IMG/VR virus record: IMGVR_UViG_3300020430_000035
Location: 1-38,932 of that record
Source of the DNA: a virus
Taxonomy: Duplodnaviria; Caudoviricetes
Direction: 5' to 3' (one strand)
DNA length: 38,932 bases
Position numbers and translations under genes: made by a program. Below the pieces are notes generated by a model. The model saw nothing but the letters and a program-made list of their open reading frames with translations, was not told where the DNA came from and ran no database searches. Positions 7,251 to 15,500 of the stretch are shown piece after piece; position 1 is the stretch's first letter, and the number at the start of each line of letters is the position of its first letter.

Positions 7251-8900
7251 ATGCAACTAAATTGGGAAGAGATTTCAAAACAGTTACCAACCACTCCAAA
7301 ACAACAAGTCAAACTAAGGTGTCCCGTATGCGATGGTATACGTAGTGACAAAAAAGATAGGTCTCTTTCTGTTAATGTTAAAGATAAAGTATGGAATTGT
7401 TTTTACTGTGGGGAAAACGGATACGATACTAACGATGTAAAAAAAAAAGATATTCCAACATTTGTTATGATTAAATCTCACGCAGACAACTTATCAAAAG
7501 AAACATTGAAATGGTTTAAGGACAGAGGCATTTCTTCTGATACAATAAACCAGTTTAAGATACAAGAAAAAAATAATGAAATACATTTCAATTATTACGA
7601 AGATGATATTTTAGTTAATATCAAATACAGAAGCACTAAAGAAAAAAAGTTTAGACTTTATCCTAACGCAAAACTTATAGCTTACAATATAGATTCTGTT
7701 AATGAAGACACAGAAACATTAGTGATTACAGAAGGAGAGATTGATGCACTTACCGTTTATGAAGCAGACAGTTCTCTTGCAGTCATCTCTGTGCCTAATG
7801 GTGCTAACGGTCTTGATTGGGTTGATGCATCTTATGATAAAATTAAGAATGTAGATAGATATATTCTTGCTTTAGATGGAGACTCTAAAGGTCAAGAGTA
7901 TCAAAAAGAACTATCAAGAAGACTTGGTAGACATAAATGCTCTTATTTAAGCTATCCTAAAGGCACGAAAGATATAAATGAGGTAATGGTATCACACGGT
8001 ATAGATAGTGTCTTAGAATGCATCTCCAATCCCGTAGACTATCCTATCGTTGGTATCTATGAGAAGTCAGACTGGAAAAATAATCTCTGGGATATTTTTG
8101 TTAACGGGTATGACAAGGGAGATACTGTGGGTCTTGGACACTTTGATAACCTTTTATCTTTTTCTACAGGACAGATGACAGTTATATCAGGAGTACCTAG
8201 TTCAGGAAAATCAGAATTTTTAGACCAGATTGTTTTAAATCTGGCAATGAAAAAAGATGTAAATAAAAAGGAATGGAAGTTTGGTGTGATATCTTTTGAG
8301 AATCCTGTTCACCTACACATATCAAAACTTGTCAAGAAATACCTTCACAAACCTTTTGATAAGCAGTACATACACGAAGAGGAAATAGTTGACGCAGTAA
8401 ACTTCATTGATTCTAAGTTTAAATTTTTCAATGTATCAGAAGCAGACATGACAATAGAAGGTATTCTAGATACCTCGAAGGAATTAGTAGCAAGATATGG
8501 TATCACATCACTTGTGATAGACCCATACAACTACATAGAAAGTAAAATGGAAAAAGGACAAAGCGAAACTAATTACATATCTGATGTTCTTACGCAAGTA
8601 TTAAACTTTGCTAAAGAATATTCAGTTCATGTATTCTTTGTTGCTCATCCAACTAAAATACAAAAAGACGAAACAACAGGTAACTTCAAACTACCTTCTT
8701 TATATAGCATTAGCGGTTCTGCTAATTGGTATAATAAAACCGATAACGGTATAATAGTTTGGAGAAACTTTCAGACAGACGAAATTGAAGTTCATGTGCA
8801 AAAGGTAAGGTTTGCTTGGAATGGAAAGGTAGGATTAGCTAGGTTTAAATATAACAAAGAGACTGGCGAGTTTAAGGCTGACTACTTAAATCCATGCTAG
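7251..8900 (+). CDS. bifunctional DNA primase-helicase (T7 gp4/Twinkle type)
   Basis: Zn finger CPVC..CFYC, TOPRIM ITEGEIDAL and DGD, Walker A GVPSSGKS, VIDPYN, VAHP, SGSA.W.NK.D. Confidence 0.93.
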   Translation: MQLNWEEISKQLPTTPKQQVKLRCPVCDGIRSDKKDRSLSVNVKDKVWNCFYCGENGYDTNDVKKKDIPTFVMIKSHADNLSKETLKWFKDRGISSDTINQFKIQEKNNEIHFNYYEDDILVNIKYRSTKEKKFRLYPNAKLIAYNIDSVNEDTETLVITEGEIDALTVYEADSSLAVISVPNGANGLDWVDASYDKIKNVDRYILALDGDSKGQEYQKELSRRLGRHKCSYLSYPKGTKDINEVMVSHGIDSVLECISNPVDYPIVGIYEKSDWKNNLWDIFVNGYDKGDTVGLGHFDNLLSFSTGQMTVISGVPSSGKSEFLDQIVLNLAMKKDVNKKEWKFGVISFENPVHLHISKLVKKYLHKPFDKQYIHEEEIVDAVNFIDSKFKFFNVSEADMTIEGILDTSKELVARYGITSLVIDPYNYIESKMEKGQSETNYISDVLTQVLNFAKEYSVHVFFVAHPTKIQKDETTGNFKLPSLYSISGSANWYNKTDNGIIVWRNFQTDEIEVHVQKVRFAWNGKVGLARFKYNKETGEFKADYLNPC

Positions 8901-9244
8901 AGTATATAGTTTTAGAATGGGAAGGACATATATCATTGAATCAATGGTATTCCTCAAAACATTGGAGCTATAGAAAAAAGCAGAAAGACCATTGGCATGA
9001 GATTTTCAAAACCAAACTACAAGATTACGATAAAACCCTTTTTGACAGATACAAATTTAAATTGTATTATAACTCAAGATTAGACCCATCTAATACAATA
9101 ACGATGGTCAAACTATTAGAGGATACAATGAAAAAAGAGGGTTGGATTATTGATGACTCTCCTAAATATTGTGCCGAAATAAGATTGAAGTTCGACTCAG
9201 AGCTACCAAAAAAATCTTATAGAGCAGTAATTGAAAAATTATAA
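8894..9244 (+). CDS. RusA-like Holliday junction resolvase
   Basis: SLN, RLDPSN, K..ED.M, I.DDS motifs. Confidence 0.75.
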   Translation: MLEYIVLEWEGHISLNQWYSSKHWSYRKKQKDHWHEIFKTKLQDYDKTLFDRYKFKLYYNSRLDPSNTITMVKLLEDTMKKEGWIIDDSPKYCAEIRLKFDSELPKKSYRAVIEKL

Positions 9245-9656
9245 TGTAGTTGGAAAGCAGGCTGAATACTTTGTAGTATCTAGTATGATTGGAGAAGGGT
9301 TTGAGGTCTTTAACTCAATGACCAATAACTCAAGGGTTGATTATGTTGCTTTAGACACAGAGACCAACAAACTTTATAAAATTCAAGTAAAGACAACTAT
9401 TGAAATGAAAGATGGTTGCTTGCAATATACGATTAAAAAAAGCTCTAAGAACTATTCATACATATATAAAAAAGGAGACTTTGATATTTATGCTTTTGTT
9501 TACCTACCCACTAATGAAATAATGTATAAGTGGTTTGATGATGTGTACTGTACAAACTCAATACACTTCAGGGTAACTCTACCTAAAAACAATCAGGTAA
9601 GAAACATAAACTTATGGTGTCCTAATACATTAAAGAGTTTGACTAATGAAGTTTAA
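9231..9656 (+). CDS. PD-(D/E)XK endonuclease (group I intron-associated type)
   Basis: GKQAE, RVDYV, KIQVKT, Y...DFDIYAFV. Confidence 0.75.
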   Translation: MKNYNVVGKQAEYFVVSSMIGEGFEVFNSMTNNSRVDYVALDTETNKLYKIQVKTTIEMKDGCLQYTIKKSSKNYSYIYKKGDFDIYAFVYLPTNEIMYKWFDDVYCTNSIHFRVTLPKNNQVRNINLWCPNTLKSLTNEV

Positions 9657-10035
9657 TAGTGACTTTAAATATGATTTAATATTAGGGAATCAAGGAGAAA
9701 ACATTATATCAGAACTTTTAAAAGATTCTACCATAGAAGTTAAGATGGATTTTTTAGCTCACAGAACTAATAATTTATTTATAGAATATCTAAGCAGGGA
9801 AAAACCAAGTGGTATATCAACCACGCAAGCAGAGTTTTGGTTTTATATAATACTTAAAAAAAATACACCTAGAGACCCAAAAAAAATTACAATTAAAAAC
9901 GTTCAGGACATAAGATTTTTTAAAGTAAATAAATTAAAAAAAATATGTAGAGAATGGTTAAGTTATAACAAACCTATAAAAGGAGGAGATAACAACACAT
10001 CGCTTGGCTGTTGCATACCATTAAGTTTATTATGA
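9646..10035 (+). CDS. phage PD-(D/E)XK-like nuclease
   Basis: F..DL..G..GE, IEVK.D, TNNLFIEY, PSGI.TT.A..W. Confidence 0.65.
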   Translation: MKFNSDFKYDLILGNQGENIISELLKDSTIEVKMDFLAHRTNNLFIEYLSREKPSGISTTQAEFWFYIILKKNTPRDPKKITIKNVQDIRFFKVNKLKKICREWLSYNKPIKGGDNNTSLGCCIPLSLL

Positions 10036-10283
10036 GTTTTTTTTCACAAAAAATGTTAAAGAAAGATTTCAATGAAATCATGTCTCACGAAAACACAATC
10101 GCTTATGTTTATTTTAAAAAAAACACTTTAGAGCTTATAAATAAAACATCTGGAATTAATCACATCTGGGTAGACGGAAGTGAGAAAATTATTATGTCTC
10201 ATGAGACATCACTTAAATTTCAAAAATTTTACGAAGAGTATAGAAAAAAGAAACCAATACAGTCCTATTATACAAAAAAGTAA
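10032..10283 (+). CDS. hypothetical protein
   Basis: ATGA overlap at 10032. Confidence 0.6.
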   Translation: MSFFSQKMLKKDFNEIMSHENTIAYVYFKKNTLELINKTSGINHIWVDGSEKIIMSHETSLKFQKFYEEYRKKKPIQSYYTKK

Positions 10284-10291
10284 TATATTTG
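10284..10291 (+). promoter_or_regulatory. Bacteroidota-type -7 promoter element TATATTTG
   Basis: Matches TAnnTTTG; no + ORF lies between it and the terminator. Confidence 0.5.
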
Positions 10292-10294
10292 CAA

Positions 10295-10364
10295 CTGAAA
10301 CTTTGTACATAAACCTGTTCATTGTTTTAGTGTTTGGACAGTCTCTGCGGAGACTGTTTTTTTT
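10295..10364 (+). ncRNA. candidate small RNA antisense to early-gene start leaders
   Basis: Promoter word, then ~45 nt including CATTGTTTTAGTGTTT (15/16 complementary to 286-301 and 495-510), then a terminator; the 5' end is approximate. Confidence 0.45.
10336..10364 (+). terminator. intrinsic terminator at the convergence point
   Basis: ACAGTCTC-TGCG-GAGACTGT stem and T-tract. Confidence 0.85.
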
Positions 10365-10599
10365 AGTATTCTCCTTCTGATTCTGACTTGCACATCATAT
10401 AAACCATGCTAATGCATCCTAATGCTTGCTCCATTTTTTCTGCCATGAATGGTGAAACTTCTTTTTTGTTCTCCATGTATGGTGCAAGCATTTCCATCTT
10501 CTTAGATAGTTGATTGAAGTCATCAATAAATGCCTTAGCACTTGGTTGAGTCTTTTCCATTAACTCAACAAAGGCTTTCTTTTGATATTCTTTCATCAT
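10363..10599 (-). CDS. hypothetical protein
   Basis: Last ORF of the late arm. Confidence 0.7.
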   Translation of the reverse strand: MMKEYQKKAFVELMEKTQPSAKAFIDDFNQLSKKMEMLAPYMENKKEVSPFMAEKMEQALGCISMVYMMCKSESEGEY

Positions 10600-10679
10600 T
10601 TCTTTTTCTTTTTTTTATAAGTTTTTTTAGCTTTTTTTTTGCTACTACTTTTTTTTCCGTATGATTTTTTTCCGTACAT
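10596..10679 (-). CDS. 27-aa lysine-rich microprotein MYGKKSYGKKSSSKKKAKKTYKKKKKK
   Basis: Hand translation; ATGA coupling to the next gene. Confidence 0.6.
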   Translation of the reverse strand: MYGKKSYGKKSSSKKKAKKTYKKKKKK

Positions 10680-10688
10680 AACTATAAT

Positions 10689-10832
10689 TTAACTACCACA
10701 ACTTAAACATTCTTCATCATCTATAGAGCACGATTCAGTGTTCTCTACAAATGGGGTTCTGTTGTCTATATCTAATATAATACAATCACACGATTCTTTA
10801 TTGTCTTCGCAGGTGCATGGTATGTTTTTCAT
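10689..10832 (-). CDS. 47-aa Cys-rich acidic microprotein ending CSIDDEECLSCGS
   Basis: Hand translation; ATGA coupling to the upstream gene. Confidence 0.7.
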   Translation of the reverse strand: MKNIPCTCEDNKESCDCIILDIDNRTPFVENTESCSIDDEECLSCGS

Positions 10833-10960
10833 CTTCCTTGTCCTTTATATTTTTTTACATAGTTTCTAGAGAGCTTGTGATTACTCGTATTGTTTTTTGA
10901 GTGAACACCCTTTCTTTTTATCTTCTTCTTTTTCTTATACTCAAATAGTATCCTTCTCAC
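10829..10960 (-). CDS. 43-aa basic microprotein (…KRKGVHSK…YVKKYKGQGR)
   Basis: Hand translation; GTGA and ATGA overlaps on both sides. Confidence 0.7.
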   Translation of the reverse strand: MRRILFEYKKKKKIKRKGVHSKNNTSNHKLSRNYVKKYKGQGR

Positions 10961-11139
10961 TTTACCTCTATAGAATCAATAATCTTTTCGATTTTTTTAA
11001 AAACTTTCATCTCTAATAATAACCTATCTGGTACGTTTGAATCATCTAAAGTTTGGACTACCGATAATAACTCAGAAATAAGATTTGTCTTATCTTCTAT
11101 ACTTAAATCTTCTTTTTCTTGTATTTCTTTTGTAATCAT
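10957..11139 (-). CDS. hypothetical protein
   Basis: Coupled ORF. Confidence 0.65.
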   Translation of the reverse strand: MITKEIQEKEDLSIEDKTNLISELLSVVQTLDDSNVPDRLLLEMKVFKKIEKIIDSIEVK

Positions 11140-11351
11140 TTTTTAACCTTTTCAAATGTGCTTATACCAAAACAACCCAGAGTAACCCAGACAAAAGAAT
11201 TATATACTACTTCATTAATAATTAAATCTTTATCAGCTATCAGGCTTGTCATTAAATCAGCTACAGCAAATAATACCATAACTATAAATGAAATAAATCC
11301 TACTACATTTTTTTCATTAATATCATTCTCGTCTTTAAATAATGCCCACAT
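11136..11351 (-). CDS. two-TM membrane protein, holin-like
   Basis: Two hydrophobic segments and a basic C-terminus; in the lysis cluster. Confidence 0.65.
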   Translation of the reverse strand: MWALFKDENDINEKNVVGFISFIVMVLFAVADLMTSLIADKDLIINEVVYNSFVWVTLGCFGISTFEKVKK

Positions 11352-11356
11352 AATTA

Positions 11357-11764
11357 TTATTTATTAATTATTCTTTTTCCTTTTTCGTATGAGCGACCCC
11401 CAAAAAATGCTCCTACGGTTGTTATTAGAGTTAATTGTAATAAATCCACCCATTTTTCTTCTACTTTAAATTTTATAGAGCCACTGTCTATAAATACAAG
11501 AAGAACTGTACTTACTATTAAAAATATTAACACTAAAGGTCTTACACTTCTTGTCAACCAGTTTCCATGTTCTAAATCTGCTTTCCAACGTTCTGTAACG
11601 TTCTTTTGCATTTCAGCTTCTGCATTTATAAAGATAGTTTCCATCTCCTTTTGAAACTTTCTTTTCTCATCACCAGTTGTGATAAATTTATCTGCAACAC
11701 CAGCAAGTTTTTCAACAACACCACCAGCAGCGTTGCCAAATATTTTACCTAAAATCTTACTCAC
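11357..11764 (-). CDS. holin (GTA 3TM-like family)
   Basis: RW.AD....WL..SVRP, AFFGGRS.EK motifs. Confidence 0.8.
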   Translation of the reverse strand: MSKILGKIFGNAAGGVVEKLAGVADKFITTGDEKRKFQKEMETIFINAEAEMQKNVTERWKADLEHGNWLTRSVRPLVLIFLIVSTVLLVFIDSGSIKFKVEEKWVDLLQLTLITTVGAFFGGRSYEKGKRIINK

Positions 11765-11877
11765 TTTTTATTATTTTTCTTTCTAAGAAGCATAAAATCC
11801 ATTTTATCAATTCTACCATTCTTATTCAAGTCTATTTTCCTCTGATTTGCTGTAAGTTTTCTTTTTACTTTTTTCAT
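11761..11877 (-). CDS. 38-aa basic microprotein with an EF-hand-like loop (DLNKNGRIDKMDF)
   Basis: Hand translation; GTGA coupling to the holin. Confidence 0.7.
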   Translation of the reverse strand: MKKVKRKLTANQRKIDLNKNGRIDKMDFMLLRKKNNKK

Positions 11878-11881
11878 AATT

Positions 11882-12058
11882 TTATCTTCCTGCTTTTCGC
11901 ATAGCTATTTTATGTGAATTACCAAACGTTGCACCTTTTTTCATAGCGTTTACCATAACTCTTATATGCTTTACAGTATGATGCTTTGCGTGTCTTTTCA
12001 AAGCACCTTGCTGTCTTTTATTAAGTGCGTCTATATTAATACCTTTAACCTTAGCCAT
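11882..12058 (-). CDS. 58-aa basic His-rich protein
   Basis: Start MAKVKG at 12058 preferred over the track start 12139, which lies inside the endolysin. Confidence 0.7.
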   Translation of the reverse strand: MAKVKGINIDALNKRQQGALKRHAKHHTVKHIRVMVNAMKKGATFGNSHKIAMRKAGR

Positions 12059-12515
12059 AAACTTTATACCTTGTTTTGCCATTGTCTTTATAAGCCTGCA
12101 AAACTCTGTTTCTATTTTTTTCTTCTGAGTAACTAACATGAACCCAAGCTGGATTCATTGCATCACCAAACTCATAGATAAGTTGGTCAAACTCTAAGTT
12201 CATCATTATATAATCAAATATATCTCTGTTACTTACCTTACTGTTTCTGTTGTCTTGGTCTATATCTAAGGCTTGTCCGTGACAATGCTGAGATGTTTTA
12301 CTTCCTCCTATTGCTTTGTTAAGAGATTCACTTCTATATCCACTAGATATATATATAGGTACTCCGAAGTGTTCTCTTATTGGTTGGAATATCTTCTCTG
12401 CTATTAACTTAAGGTTTTTTGTGTGTTCTTCTGTAGGACTATTATCAATCCCCAGCCTAGAGGCTGTGTTAGATTTTATACACTCTTCTAATTTTAAATT
12501 TTCTGATAAACGCAT
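12051..12515 (-). CDS. endolysin, peptidase M15A family
   Basis: SSGYRS..LN..IGGS..SQH..G.A.D and WVHVS Zn-peptidase motifs. Confidence 0.9.
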   Translation of the reverse strand: MRLSENLKLEECIKSNTASRLGIDNSPTEEHTKNLKLIAEKIFQPIREHFGVPIYISSGYRSESLNKAIGGSKTSQHCHGQALDIDQDNRNSKVSNRDIFDYIMMNLEFDQLIYEFGDAMNPAWVHVSYSEEKNRNRVLQAYKDNGKTRYKVYG

Positions 12516-12565
12516 ATGTAAAATTACTTAGAGGTAGTGCGTTTTATCTCTCGGAGAGGGTAAGA
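12516..12565 (-). promoter_or_regulatory. candidate late promoter, copy A
   Basis: TCTTACCC..GAGATAA-N17-TAATTTTACAT; shared with 26712-26761. Confidence 0.5.
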
Positions 12566-12568
12566 GTA

Positions 12569-15500
12569 TTATTGTTCAAGTGGTTCTAATATACTTGTAG
12601 CTTCGTAAGACCTTACTTCTTCTATTTCATCTTTAAATTCATCAAATAAAACAATATTTCTTTTTGCTATGTCAACTACATTAGGAACACCCATTAGTTT
12701 AAAATCTTCTAAGATTTCAAATTTTTCTTTTTTATCAAGCTTTCCAAAATATTTAAAAAATATAGCACTTCTTGCAAATGCGTTGTCTTCATATTTAATT
12801 CTTAATCCTATTTCTATGTTGTCAGGATTTTTAATTTTTGTTGACTTGTAGTTATATTTATAAAACTCAAGAGCCTGTTTCTTTTGTTTTTCAGTAAAAT
12901 TCTGACCATCTATTACTTGTCTAAATTTTTTCTCTGAATCATCTATATCAGGATTTTTTTGAATTAGTATTTTTAATTTTTGCCTAAAATCACCATCTCT
13001 ATAATTAGCTTTTTCTATTAATTCATTTAAACTCTCATCACCAAAGTCTATAATCGGAACTGTTGATATTACTTTTTGTGTTCCAAACAATGACTCAAAA
13101 GGATTTAAAACATTTTTGTCAGCGTATTTAGATTTATAAGCAAATGATACATCTGAACCATCTACATCTCTTATCATATTATTAATGTGCTCTCCCATAA
13201 TATATGCAGAACCTATTAAAAAATGATTTCTGTCTGAGGTTAAAACACTTTCAGTAAAATGTTTCATTTTAGGAGCAGAATCTACACCTGTGGATTTTAT
13301 AATTTCAGCTGGAGCAGATTCTGACTTTTCAAGAACTTCTGCAAAAGTTTTATAAAAAGAGGGTATGTCTTTTCTGTCTATACCCCTTCTGCTAGGTGAT
13401 ACATTTGCGTCAGATTGTGTTTCTATTGGTCTATCTCTAAAAACATCATAATTAGTATTTACTTCAACAAGTCCTCTTGCCACTGGCGGTAGTGGAATAC
13501 CTTGTACTGGGCTAAATCCTTTTAAAATATCACCACTAAAATTTAAAAATTGACGATACCTAGAAGTTGTAGTTGCGCTTATGTCAAAGGTAGATGGCTC
13601 AGATTTCCCTCCATTTGAGTTATATACTAAACTTTCAGCTGCGGCTATAGATGGTTGAGTTATAAAATTTGCTACCTGTGGAGCAAGTCTTATCTTCACA
13701 TATTTTCTAACTTTATGTTCTACACCGTTTTTTTCTATTGTTTCATATGCTGAATCACCCATAAACTTAGGGTATAATACTACGTAATTATTGTTTTTTA
13801 TATAATCAGGTACTTTGTTCCAGTCTTCTTTATCTTCCTCATCGTAATTTAAAAATGAATAAACATAAGCGCCAGCTAAACCTAAATTTCCATAAAACAA
13901 TTTTTTACTAAAATTTAAGGGATTATTTCTTATATAAGCTCCTGCGGTTCTGGCAGCTTGAAAAGCAACATTTGTATATGGATTTACTTGGTCAATCATT
14001 TTAATAAATGCATTACCCATGTTAAAATCTAATGCTTGTCTTGTTTTTTCTACAGCTCTAATATCAACCTCTTCTTGCGAAAGTTCTGGATTATTTTTTT
14101 TAATATTTTTTCTTGCTTGCTCAAATCCCGCTAACCTTACAGATAGTTCTGACACTTCTCCCGTAAAAGCTAATCCTCTTTTCAAGTAATTAAATAACGA
14201 TTCTTTCTTTGTTGTTAGTCGTTGGTCTGTGTCTAGAGCATCTAATCCAGTTTGACCAGCAAGCATACTCATTAATCCTCCATTTTTCATATATGACTCT
14301 AAAAGCTCATTAAATTTTTTGCTTTTAAATTTTTGAAATTTTTTATTTTCTGTTCTTTCTAGCACAATATCTTTTGCCATAGCGGAACTTCTTCCCAATA
14401 GTCTCAAACCAGCAAAATAAATATTAACATCATCATGTATGTCTGTAAAAAAGACTTGATTACTTATATCCATAGGTACATTTACAGCTGCAAATTGAGG
14501 ATTATATCCAGTAGCAAAAGCTCTTAAAATATTTGCACCCATAACAATACCTAAATTTTTAGTTATAGGATGATTTATTTCAATTTTATCCATAAATTCT
14601 GTAGCTAAATTCTCTTGAATAGCATATTTAACTACTTTACCATCTTGTTTAAAAGACATTTCGGTAAATCCATTTGGTGCAGGTTCATATTCAGTTACAA
14701 ACCTTTCTCCCTTTTTTTTAGGTTTTTTCTTTAATTGTTTAAACCAACTAAACTCTTGTCCTGTATCTGTAATTTTGTTTGTGGTTTCTTGATATAATGA
14801 CTTTGTCATTTTATTTGCGTGCATTCTTTTTATGTGTGTAGATTGTGCTAGCGCTAATAAGGTTTCAAAATCGGTATTTAAAGGAGTGTCAGCACCCATC
14901 CTGATATTATTTAATTCATTCTTATCAAAATTAAAAGATGAGTTTAAAAATTTAACATCATCACCATCTAAGAGTTTTTCTAAAAATCTTCTAGGAGAAT
15001 AAAAATCGTCTTTTAACTCTTTATAAGTATCTTCAGTTATAAGACCAGCATCATATTTTTCTTCTAGCATTTTATTAAAAACTCCACTATAATTATCGGC
15101 TCTTGCGTCTAAATCTTTGTAGTTTTTTCTACCTAATTTTTTTCTTATTTCTTTTAGTTTTTTTGAAGCGCTTTCTAAATTATAACCATCAGGGTGTTTA
15201 ATTCTTTCTAAATTTTTTGAATCTCTTTTAGAATCTAATTGTATAATTCTTTTAAGTATTATCAAATCATTTAATGCTTCTGTACCTTCTTTTTTTATTT
15301 TTTTCGGTATTGAACCAAATATTTTTTTGTTTTGTTTATATGCTACTTCGCCTCCATATGCCATCATACCAGCCATATTTGTCATATAAGCTCTTGTGTT
15401 TATAAAGTTTTCATTTGTTAATATTCTTCTTATATTAGACTGTCTGTCAAAAATAGCCTCTCCAGTTTCAATAATTTTTTTTGTTTTTTCTTTTAATGTT

